Origin: Basidiobolus meristosporus CBS 931.73
Taxonomy: Eukaryota; Fungi; Basidiobolomycota
Direction: 5' to 3'
DNA length: 64,000 bases
Assembly (NCBI GenBank): GCA_002104905.1
Contig: MCFE01000188.1
Coordinates: 73,537-137,536, forward strand
Under the pieces are notes generated by a model. It did no database searches, had not been told where the DNA came from, and was given only the letters and a program-made list of their open reading frames with translations. A program made the position numbers and the translations under genes. The stretch's first letter is position 1, and each line of letters opens with the position of its first letter. Positions 13,107 to 23,870 of this stretch are shown here, in pieces.

Positions 13107-15161
13107 ATGCTGCCAAAAAATAAAGCAAAGTTGTCTGCTTCTCAACCAAACCCCATTGCTGAGGGCAACTGAAGAACGGTTGGACAACAGCTTGCTTTGA
13201 CATTCAGTACAACAAGCTGGGCTACATCCAAAAAAGGCCCTGTGGACAGTGTGCCCATTTAAGGTAATAATGCGGGCTCCTCAGGCTCTCAGTCAAGTAG
13301 GCATTGAGAACCTCTGCAGTGCCACAAGCTGACCATTGTGCTCAGGCAGATGAGAATGTAGCAAATGCAGTACCCTCAGTTGAAGATCAGCAAGTGGCCA
13401 CGATAACATCACCACCTCCCATATTAGCAGCTATGTTGTCAGCTCATACCAAAGCATTAATGAAGCAATTAGGTGCAGTGGCTGATAGGATAGATGCAAT
13501 GGCCCAGAGAAATCAGGAAATAGTCCAGAAACAGGATGAGTGGATAATACATGTAGAGCAATCAATATCCTAGGTAGAGAAAGCAGTATCTTTCCTGCAA
13601 AGAAGGAACTCTAATAGCTCAATATCACAGCCAGGAATTGAGCCATTTCCCAATGTAACAGCAGTGGAACACCGTACAGTCTTTGAAGCACAACAACAGT
13701 GTCAAAAGATAAAGCGCACAGAAAAACCTATCACAGTGTGGGATGGAGACAACATGGTGTTTATACTGAAGCCTAAAAATCAAATGACATTGAAGATCTG
13801 TGAAGCTGTTGAGTGCAATAATGAAGAGTAGGCTAATATTCAAGAGGCCAACAGAAGTCTAGAACGCCATCACTTTAAGGCCAGCATACCATAGGACCAT
13901 CAGGAACTCAAGGCCAAGCAGAATGCACTTCACTTGTTCCATGAGCATTATCCTGGATTCAGACGGGCAAACAGATTTTGGGCCAGCATTGGTATGCTAG
14001 AAAGTATCTCAAGGATAGCAGAAACTCTAAAAGGCAGAAGAATAAGGGTGCCATGGCTAAATACCAGTGGCTTCCTCAAGAGCCCATTACAAGCAGGGCC
14101 AAAAGCTCAAGACAAGCGTCAAAGAGATGTCAGGCAGCTGGAAGAGTGCCAATTAGGGACAAGCAGGCAGACATGGATGCACCAACACAGCAATTATCCA
14201 GGAAAAAGCATAGAATCACTCAAGAAGCACCCAGTCAAAGTGGCAGTGAAGTACCTGGCAGTGATAAAAACCAGCTTCTTTTACAGGAGCCCATCACAAC
14301 TATGGTTGAGAGCTCAAAGCAAGCTGAAAAGAAATATCAGGTCACCAGAAGAGTGCCAGCAAGGGACAAGTAGGCCAAAACAAATGCGTCAGAGCAGAAT
14401 TTATTCAGGAGACAACATAGTTCTTTACAAGAAGCACTCAGACAAAGTAGCAGTGATTAAGGAAAAGGTAAAGGGAGAAATGTAGACCCAAGCCTGAGAC
14501 AGGGCGGCATGCAAATGAAACTGCAGTTCTTGCCAATTAATGCCACAAGCCAGAACAAACTGAATCCCGTCATAGCCAAGAAGAATTACCAACAAGAAAA
14601 CAGCTGTTTTCACAAGAGTTGGAAGCGCAGCCAGTGGAGCTACACTCCAGCAAGGTAGATGAGTTTGCTGAAAAAGGCAATTTGTCTACTATAGCATCCA
14701 CAGCCTTCACAGCCTCCATTGTTGACAGAGTGGAGATTCCACTGACAGACAAGGCTACAACATCAAGAGCTTGAAAGACTATCACAATGCCTTCAGTGGA
14801 GTTTTGGAACATCAATAGGCATATCAAGAGGTTGCAGCACATATTCAAGAGCAGTGGTAAAGAAAATGCACTGGAATATTGCAAGGATTTATTGCAAGGA
14901 CTAGCAGATGAGGAGCTAGACCTTGCAGTGCCAGCTGAAGACCAGGACGTGTGGGAACCAGTGAATGAACAGTGGCATAAAGCTGTTGGGTTCCTGCCAA
15001 CGTTGTGGAACCAGAGCGTTACAGCAGAAATACTTATTGAGTGGTGGATTTTGATGGAGTTACCTGTTGAGTGTGGGGTTGGGCTTAATGTTAGTGTAGG
15101 GTATAGGGACTTGTACAGGCCAATACAATTGGCAATTGAGGTACAACTGAAGTTTCAATAG
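13107..15161 (+). pseudogene. ORF2 of the CMC element, unknown product (~680 codons if repaired)
   Basis: ATG at 13107 (MLPKNKAKLS; MPSKNKARST in the 18354 copy). The same peptides recur in several copies. Broken by stops and frameshifts. Confidence 0.65.
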
Positions 15162-15482
15162 AAAAAGACCAATTTGTATGCATGAAAAGTAAGAGAAATG
15201 GTTGAGTCAGGAAGTAAGGAGAGTGAAAAAGAGGCAATAGCCAACCAACTAACACAAATGTAGGAGGCAATTGAGTGTCTGGGATCAGAAAGTGAGCAAA
15301 TTGGCAGGCAACCAATCAAAAGTCACTTAGACATTGTTGTGATGAAAAATTCTGCCCAAGTTTTTTGTGAAATCTGGGGTGCAATTATTTTTCAATGGTC
15401 ACTGGATGGTGTCTTAACAAGATCAGTACCTCTTAGTCACAGGACTTTCACTTTGTGACGGCCTTTTGATGGGATCATCTCA

Positions 15483-15498
15483 ATAATTTTTCATAGGG
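15483..15498 (-). repeat. Right TIR of CMC copy A
   Basis: ATAATTTTTCATAGGG followed by TTTA. Confidence 0.85.
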
Positions 15499-17225
15499 TT
15501 TAGCTGCACTGGCAAATATCAGTCCAATAGAATTAAACTTGGCTACTGGTGTAAAGGCTTCAGTCTAGTCCAGTCCTTTTGCTTGAGAGTATCCTTGGCC
15601 ACAGATCCTGCTTTGCATCTTTCAATCATATCTGCATCCTTGTATTTTGTCTTGAAGACCCTTCTGCATCCAATTGACTTTAGTTGATTGGTAATTTGAC
15701 TAAGTCCAAAGCTTGATTTTCCCTCACGGCCTGATATTTATCAATCATTATAGATCTCCTAACTTTGTCTTAGGAGTACTCCAGGCCTCTTTGACAGTCT
15801 GGGAGTCTTCAATATGGACTAAATAGGCATAGCCTAAGCTTGTACCCTCATTGATACACCAATTTTGGCTCTTTCTGGTCTGGTTGGATCTCCTGCCTTG
15901 CAATACTTGACACTTTCTGGCTCAGATTTTGTGTGATAAGCCAGCAGTTTCTTGGCATATGCTGTGCATGCAAATATTCTCAGGTGCTCAACATGCTGTT
16001 TGTATTCATATCAAACCTCAAATGATGAATAACCATCACATTTTTACAATAAATCCTACAGTAAAGGTATACAGTGGTGGCAGCTAATTCTGCCCAAAAG
16101 TCACAAAATAGTGTTTCATAATGAGTCAAGATCATTGCCATTTCAAACATTGATATATTTGCATGTTCTGCCACTTTTTTTTGCAGTGGGGAGTGTGGTG
16201 CAATAGTCTCTTGCTCTCTGCCATGAATTCTGCAGTGGTGGATGAAGAGCTTTGAGGTATACTCTCTGATTACAAAATGTAGTACTCACTTTTTGCCCAA
16301 GAGTTCCCCCAGAGTCCTACCCAAAGTTCCAACAATCCTCCCTAAGCTTCCCTCACATTTCCTTATATCTTTTCCTGCCCTAACCTAGCAGAGACACTTA
16401 CCATAACAGGAAGGTGCTCATACCCTTATTCTGTAATATACTGTCTATCACCTAAGCCACTCCCAGTTGAATATACATCTAATTGAGTCAAGATTGTAAA
16501 AAGGGTTTTGTTGGACATGAGAAATACAAGTCTTTATCATCTTATTACCTTCTATTGGAAGCTATTCTGAACTAAGTGGTACAGAATTGACCTATAAGCT
16601 CTCCCAGCTATCAAGTACAGCCAGTAATAACCACATATTCTTCATCATTGTGTGAGCAGATTCCCCTGAGTTTTCCCCAGTTTCTCTTGCCACCATGGCA
16701 TTCAGCTCCTTGAGCCTAGACAAAGCTTCAGTATTTCTTTCCACAGAGTATACCCATGTGTATCTGGTATAATCAACAGTACAAAAGATCAAATAACTCA
16801 TCCCACCTGGGGATAAATTTTGCATTGCTCCACACAGATCTGCAAGATTTAAATCAAATGTTTTCTTATTGTGGATTAGCCCCAAGCTCTCATATTATAG
16901 TATGCTTTGTTTTCCATATATGCACACTTTACAGTACTGAAAATTAGCAGGGGGATTATTTCTTTGGAAATTAGCTGATCTTTGATCATTTATGTAAACA
17001 ATCAGACTTTTGTGTCTGAATCTCCTGTGCCAAAGCATTAGTGATTCTTCATTATTGACTTTCAAGTATAATAGAATATAGGTCAAGATCTTTATATTTT
17101 GATCTCTGACATACAAAGCAATATGGGCACCATTTTGTACTGTGTTCCTGCATCCAGAACTATCAAAAATCAACCTTATTCCTTCTGCTATGGCCTTGCT
17201 AACAGATAGAAGGTTTGTAGCTATG
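15499..17225 (-). pseudogene. Old Copia-A internal remnant (pre-integrase to RT start), host of CMC copy A
   Basis: Reverse complement homologous to 6540-8180 (NLLSVSKAIAEG, LWHRRF, DYTRYTWVY, KGYSQAKGLD). Contains an unrelated insert at ~16270-16630. Confidence 0.8.
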
Positions 17226-17511
17226 CAAAGTAAGGATTGTGAAAAGGACACAATAGCCAATTAATGCACACAAATGTAGGAGGTGATAGAGTGTCTAAAT
17301 CAGAAGGTGAGAAATTGGCAGAGAACCAATCAAAAGCCACTTTTGTGTTGTTGTGATGACAATATTGACTCCCTTTCTTATGATACCTGGGGTGCAAGTA
17401 TCTTTTGATGGTTTTTGCATGGTTTCCTGATGGAATCAATACCTCTTAGTCATGGGATGTAGAATCTGTGATGGCCTTTTTACAGGATCATCATAATAAT
17501 TTTTCATAGGA
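17225..17511 (+). mobile_element. CMC-family ORF2-side terminus fragment
   Basis: Matches 15230-15498 and ends ATAATTTTTCATAGGA. Confidence 0.7.
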
Positions 17512-18935
17512 TTTAATGCTCATGGGAGGGTCACACACACTCCTCTTGGCCTTGAGTTCCTCATGGTTCAGTGGTATGTCAGCCTAATGGAGATGTTGTA
17601 ATAGACTTATAGCAGCCTCTTGAATATTAGCCCACTCTTCATAATTGTACCTAGCAGCTTCTTGGATCTTCACAGTCCTTAATTCCTAAGCTTCAGTATA
17701 ATAACCACAGTATTCCCTCTCATTCTGTGATGAGTTTTTCTGTGCGCTTTATCTTTGGGCACTGTTGTAGTGCTTCAAGACTGTACAGTGTATCACTGCT
17801 TTTGCATTGGGAAATGGCACAATTCTTGGCTGTGACATTGAGCTACCTGAGTTCTTTCTCTACAGCAAGGATGCAGCATTCTTTACCTGAGATATTGATT
17901 GCACTACATGTATTATCTGCTCATCATGTTTCTGCACTTTTTGATGACTTCTCTGGGCCATTACATCTATGGCACCAGCCATTGCACCCAATTGCCTCAT
18001 TAATGCTTTGGTACAAGCCAACAACATACTTGCTAATATGGGAAGTGGTGATGCTCTGACAGTAACTTACTGGTCTTCAGTCAAGGGTACAGCATTTGCT
18101 ATATTCCCATTTTACTGAGCATTGTAGTCAGCTTTTAGGTATGCAGAGATTCTCATTTTCCTACTTGATTGGGAGACAAAGAGGGCCACATTTTTACCTT
18201 CAGTGGGATTGCTGTCAACATTGCCATTGATGGATGTAGCCCTGCTTGTTGCACCAAATGTCAAAGCAAGATGTTGTCCAACTGCTATTCTGCTTCTGTC
18301 AACTGTAGGGTTTTGTAGGGAACCAGTTGACCTTGCTTTATTTTTTGATGGCATATATATGGAAGTGCGTCAAATCAAAGGGGAAATAGTGCTACATATA
18401 CTCGTGTATGTGGTGCCACAACTTTATTCATAATGCTTACTATGGCAGGTCATCATTGAATCTTACATTCATGTAGGTGCAATGTCTCAAACACAAGACT
18501 GTCTTAAATTCACATGAATATTGACCAAAAAGTAATATATTAGCGTTACGTTGTTGAAGGTCAAACTGTCTGCCCCGTGGACAAGACTACTTTGACTCAA
18601 GGCAGAGGTTTACAATGAGGCTATCAGAATGCTAACAAGCTTCATGTTATATAAGGCAATTAGAAATATTGACCAGCTAGGTCCGCTCAAGTGAATATAG
18701 AGCACATCAGGACCATTATAATGCCACATAATTCTTGTCAAAAGACCACTAAACACTGTCAAGTTTTGAGTTTTATTCTGGCAGTAAATTGGCAGAATGC
18801 TGCTGCAATCCCATTGTACTATTTTGTAGAGGGTCAATAATACCAAGCCATTGGCATTATGATGGACTCAAAATGAGATCCCAACAGCTGATCTGGATTG
18901 GATCCACTTGTGGTGCCAAAATATTTTTCATAGGG
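17512..18935 (-). mobile_element. Internally deleted CMC copy: ORF2 5' half, intergenic region and transposase-side TIR
   Basis: ORF2 start MPSKNKARST at 18354 (-). Terminus ATATTTTTCATAGGG at 18921-18935 is preceded by subterminal sequence matching 5014-5119. Confidence 0.75.
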
Positions 18936-19347
18936 TAAGTGACAATATCAGGTCAGTATTTGGGTGAAATTGCACATTTTTCAGCATATCTAATCTGGAT
19001 CAGCTATTGGGATCCCACAATCAGGCAATTTTAGTGGTAGCAACTTGGAATTATTGAACCTCTACACAATCATATGGACAGATTATGACTTTCTTTTGCT
19101 GGGTTTACTGCCAAATAAAGTAATGATCTTTCTGGTTCTTTGACTAATTTTGGAATACTTATATGGCACTTTGGTAATCTTAATGTGGTCTACATTTACT
19201 TGAGCAGACCTAACCTGTCAATACACCCAACTGCCTCATATTGCAAAATACTTGAGTGCTTTGAATGCCTTGTCATAGATCTTAGATAGCATTATAATGA
19301 CAGAATGGTAGTCTACAGCTACTCCTATATTATGCTACTATACCTAT

Positions 19348-20045
19348 TGTTGTATCCAAGAGAAAAGTGTAATAAAACTCTTGAATGAGTTAACTGAGCC
19401 TAAGTGACAACTAAGCACAAAATCCTAGAATTGTCAAGGGTGACAAGAATACTAGCAGAGAAGTTCTGGTCTAATATTGGTTTGGTATATAGATGAGTTG
19501 GGCTATAAAGGCAACAGAGTTGGTTTGCTATACAGGCTAGGCTTGATGTTCTAGGGAATGCCAAATATGCTAGGCTTGGGTGGAAAGTACAACAGAATTG
19601 TTGAATTCTTAATTTTGCTGAGGCCAATCTTAATTTTGTTGAGCCACACACTGAACCAAAAGGTTCAGTAAACTTTATTTATATTTCCCTGATGAAGTTG
19701 AGTTGGTAAGCACCAAGTGACTGGACTAATTGAAATATGTTGGGGTGCTGATAGGTGCATAAGATAAATGAAAAGTTGCATCATTAATCATCTGATTTCT
19801 TGGCAACTACTAAGTGGTTGGATAGATCTCAGATGACTAATCCTCGGGAAAGGCTTAGCAGATCAGTTGAGGATGTAATGACCACTTGAAAATTGATCAG
19901 GTGTGACAGCTAAAAATAGCTTCTGAGAAGTGATAAGATAAAGCATAACAAGGATCAGTTATGTTTAAGTAAGGGGAAATCAGTTAGGGTACTAGATTTT
20001 CTAACTCAGTGAAATTGGCCAAGTTTTAAATGTTGATGCACAACA
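19348..20045. mobile_element. Solo LTR (698 bp, family seen only once here), TSD CCTAT
   Basis: TGTTG...CAACA termini. CCTAT at 19343-19347 and 20046-20050. Flanks rejoin to match CMC sequence near 10085. Confidence 0.8.
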
Positions 20046-20148
20046 CCTATTTACCAAATGGTATTTCCTTTTTGTACCTCCCCTTGCACCTTTCATATAT
20101 TCCACTATGGATTAACCCCTTTTTATCTGCTTACCTTTGGATAGTAAC

Positions 20149-20676
20149 CGTTATGAATAGACACAAGGCAGGAGAGTAGAGCTAGGCAAGGCAGGACAAG
20201 GAAAGGACTGAGGTGTGGATCAACAAGGCAAGGTGGCTTTCCAAGGCAAGGCTGTTTATTCAAGACCTGTGTTTATCAGACTCAGGAATACTTAAGGGGG
20301 GATAGAACTATATATACTTTTTGGCTATACTGATGCCAAGAGATATTAGCTAATACTAATGGGTTGTGGGGTGAGGCACAGCAGCAGAGCTGGGGATTAT
20401 AATATAGAAGGCAAGGCACTGAGACAGGATGGGGAAATGGACTTGGTCACCTGATCATGTGACTAAGTCATGTGACCTGGTATTTCCATACATGGTACTG
20501 GACTATGAAAAATACAATAGGAAGCTTCCATGGAATGTTCCATTGTGTAACAATGATCTGGAATGGTCAGGAACTTTCTGGAAAGTGGTAGAAGGTTCCA
20601 GAAAGAATCTCTTTGAAATTGAGCTAGGAAGCTGAAACTTGGAATATGTGTTCATGGTTGTCATGTGATCATGACA
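20149..20676 (-). mobile_element. Solo LTR of the chromovirus family, TSD GTAAC
   Basis: Closely similar to 63295-63815. GTAAC at 20144-20148 and 20677-20681. Confidence 0.93.
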
Positions 20677-21224
20677 GTAACATGGTCCCACAGGTGGATC
20701 CAATCTGTTTCAGCCATATGGAATCCCAATTAGGCTGCCATAATGCTAGCAGCTTAGAATTACTAACCCTCTACACAATCTGATGATAGGATTGCGATGG
20801 CAACTTGCTGATCTTACTGCTAACTAAGGTTGAACTTGAAAGTGTTTAAAAATCCTTGTGTATTAAGGGCATGGCATTGTGATGGTCATAATGGGTTCTA
20901 CATTTATTTGAGCAGACCTAACTGGCCAATACATCCAATAACCTTATGTAGCAAAGTTTTTTGTGCCATGTTACAGTCTTCTACAGCTAAACTCAGAGTG
21001 CTATAGGTGATGAGGACCAAATGCAAGTCTTCAGACCTTGGGTGCTTTACACATAGTCCTGCATACCAATCCCAAATATGTTGAAAAATGGATTTTCTCC
21101 AGCACAATAGATTTTTCCTGATGGATAATACCACAATGAGTTATGAGTGCCAAATAGTGCCATTGTGTGCCAGAGAGTCATAGCTGGCCTACACTTAGCC
21201 ACAAGGTGTGAGACATAGACTTTC

Positions 21225-22612
21225 ATATTCAAGAAGGGTGTGATCATCCTAGTTCTGTATGTGCACAACCTAATAATAGCTACAAGTGACCAGGAGGCAA
21301 TTAAACAGACAAAATCAGATCACTTCAGCATGTTTGAGATGAAAGATTGTGAAAAACTGAGCAATTTTCTTGGAATTGAAGTGAACTTTGTCATGCTTAT
21401 GTATAAAACTGTGCTAAATCAACCTAAGTACATCAGGGACATTCTTAGACGCTTCAAAATAGAAAATTGCAAGCCTGCAGCTACCCTCACGGTCAATAAT
21501 CTAGAATTGAGCAAATCTCAACCAGTTTTAGGTGACCATAGCTCAAGTACGGACCAAAATTTTCCCTATCAATCAATGGTTGGTAGCCTAATGTACTTGA
21601 TGGTGTCCACATGTCTTGATATTGCAGAGGCAGTTGGAATAGTCAGTCAATTCATGCAGAATTATGGACCAGATCAAAATACAGCAGTTAAGCAAATTTT
21701 CAGATATCTACAAGGTACCATAAATATGGTGCTGGAATACTCTAGAGCAGCTAATAGGTGGAAATTTGATGGTTATAGTGATTCAAGCTGGGGTAGAGAT
21801 CTGATTGACAGACACTCTACCACTGGGTATGTATTCATTTATGCTGGTGCAGCTATTACTTACAATTGCAAGAAACAACCCACTGTGGCCTTATCTGCAA
21901 CCAAAGCTAATATATGGCTGCTTGCCAAGCAACTAAGGAGGCTAAATGGCTACAGAAACTATTCAAATACTTAGGCTTTAATTCAGAGAAACCAACATAT
22001 ATTTACAAAGATAATCAGAGTTGTATTGCATAAGCTAGGAATCCTACTAATCATACCAGCACTAAGCACATAGATATAAAACACAACTTTGTGAGGGAAG
22101 CTGTAGAAAATAGCTTAGCAGAGTTAGCTTACTGTCCAACTGACAAAATGGTGGCAGATGTATTGACAAAACCTCTAGCTAGACCACAATTTGAGAATCT
22201 CAGAGAGGAATTAGGATTAGAAATTATTTAGTTGAGGGGGAGTGTTGAAATATTGGACTTTTTGGTATCATTCAGCCGCTAAAAATTTACCTAACAGCTC
22301 TAAACTAGTCTTGGTCATTGTAGAACTAATTTGCAGCCCCAACTTTGCCAGTTTCCTCACATCCATGATCCTATGATTATTCCCCTATAGTGAAGATCAA
22401 ATTAACACTTTCCACCAAAGGTTATGTACTAACCCTGAAGCTGTTACACAGAGCTCCTGAATGTTAAGAAACCCTCCATACTTAGTGTTGCAGCTGTATT
22501 AATTCTGTAAAGGTATAAATACTGATCCTCTTTATGAATAAACAACAGTTCAACTATTGTCACTATATCTTGATAAGCTCCTTATATCTAAATCACTTCT
22601 TAAATTGCAACA
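21225..22612 (+). mobile_element. Copia-B 3' fragment: RT end, RNase H, PPT and 3' LTR (22243-22612)
   Basis: ORF 21240-21974 is homologous to 39020-39760. PPT GAGGGGGAG precedes TGTTG. Confidence 0.9.
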
Positions 22613-23046
22613 TTGGCCTCCCTGGCACATTATGGCATCAGTTGGTACTCAAGGCTCAATGTGGTACTATCCAACTACGCTAGTCTAATGTGTGAAATGC
22701 AGACACTACTTTGCCTGAATATGGAGAGTTACATTTCACATTGCATAACAGAGTTTAGGTCTGCTAAGCCCCTCTGGCAAACCAGGGTACTATTTGTCAC
22801 TCATGGATCAATGTGATACTATCCAATGGAACAAGGCTAATCAGTAGCCAGCACAACTTGCTGACCAGGCACTTGTTTAATGAAAATCCATCTGGTGCCA
22901 AGACAGAGGCATTGTGTACATACCTTCAGAGTAGCCCTTGCTTTTATCTTTATATCATGTTTGCCATCCAACAGACTTGTTATGTTGGATAGTGCCACAT
23001 TGAGCCATGAGTGCCAGTTGGCACTATAGTGTGACAGAGAAGCCAA
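22613..23046. repeat. Fold-back/MITE-like unit with ~73-bp imperfect inverted arms
   Basis: 22613-22685 is an inverted homologue of 22974-23046 (shared GGCTCAATGTGG.ACTATCCAAC core). The mirrored ORFs MASLAHYG../MASLSHYS.. confirm this. Confidence 0.6.
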
Positions 23047-23299
23047 GTAGACTTATTGGTCACAAAATGTGGAAACAAGCTCTAAATCAAAATGCAGTGC
23101 ACTATCCTGGTCCTTTGGTACTATGTGGCACTATACTTAGATATTAGCTCTAAAGTAAAGCCTATGCAAAGCACTTAGACTGCCAGAAAGTAGTAGTGGC
23201 TCAAGATAGTTCCATGCATTCTTGTGAGAAGTTGCAAACCTCAGGAGCTAGATTCAGAGTGCCACAGGTGTCAAGTACCCAATGCATGTCTTCAGCTCT

Positions 23300-23870
23300 T
23301 CTGTGCTCTACACATTATACACAATACTGATCCACAACAAAAAGGTCTATGGGTCATATGTTGTCAGCCACATGATGATTATCCATCAGTAATATATAAA
23401 TGGTAACTTGCATCCCAGAATAATATTTGAAAGAGTTAGTAGTAAATTCTAAAAGCCCCCATTACTGATGTTGGCTGAAATACACCACTTCTCCATGAAC
23501 AACATCATATTATGCTTCAGCATATGGATTAGCAGTCTCACTTGGAGCCATAAAGTAACCTTAGTATTTTTCACATGCATATTGTCTCAGTGCACAGTGG
23601 GATTATACCATTATCAAGCAGGGTACTGTTACAAGGTGAGAGATGCTCACATTCCATCAGTGAGCCTTCTTCATATTAATCACTCTATGGGCCATGCCTA
23701 GAAGGCTAAGGTGAGTCAGAAGGCATATTATACTTGCTTGAATCTGTTAGCAAAGGTGGCAAATGCAGCAAGGTTCCATTATAGAAGTATCTGGTAGACA
23801 GCAAGATATTGTTGGTAGAGCTGTCACTGATGTGTACTCAAGAATAACCCAAGTGGAAAAGCATTAGCTG
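23300..23870 (-). pseudogene. CMC transposase N-terminal remnant
   Basis: Homologous to 12170-12860. Confidence 0.6.

Larger units (their letters stand above)
5014..15498. mobile_element. Complete CMC/CACTA-type DNA transposon, copy A (~5.8 kb without the nested Copia-A)
   Basis: TIRs CCCTATGAAAAAT at 5014 and ATTTTTCATAGGG ending 15498. TTTA on both flanks (5010-5013, 15499-15502). Internal Tnp2-like transposase on - and ORF2 on +. Confidence 0.85.
18960..21100 (-). mobile_element. Older CMC transposase-side end remnants carrying two solo LTRs
   Basis: Homology to 9830-10180. The subterminal block appears twice (18960-19340 and 20682-21000). Confidence 0.6.

Noticed and set aside
5014-15498. 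Classifying the element as piggyBac
   Set aside because: The ends and TSD look piggyBac-like, but the transposase motifs (LDGF, GDTPA, MHLLF, FPMER) are of the CACTA/Tnp2 type.
16270-16630. Possible solo LTR (TGTAGT...AGTACA)
   Set aside because: No matching TSD and no second copy, so it is left as an unassigned insert.
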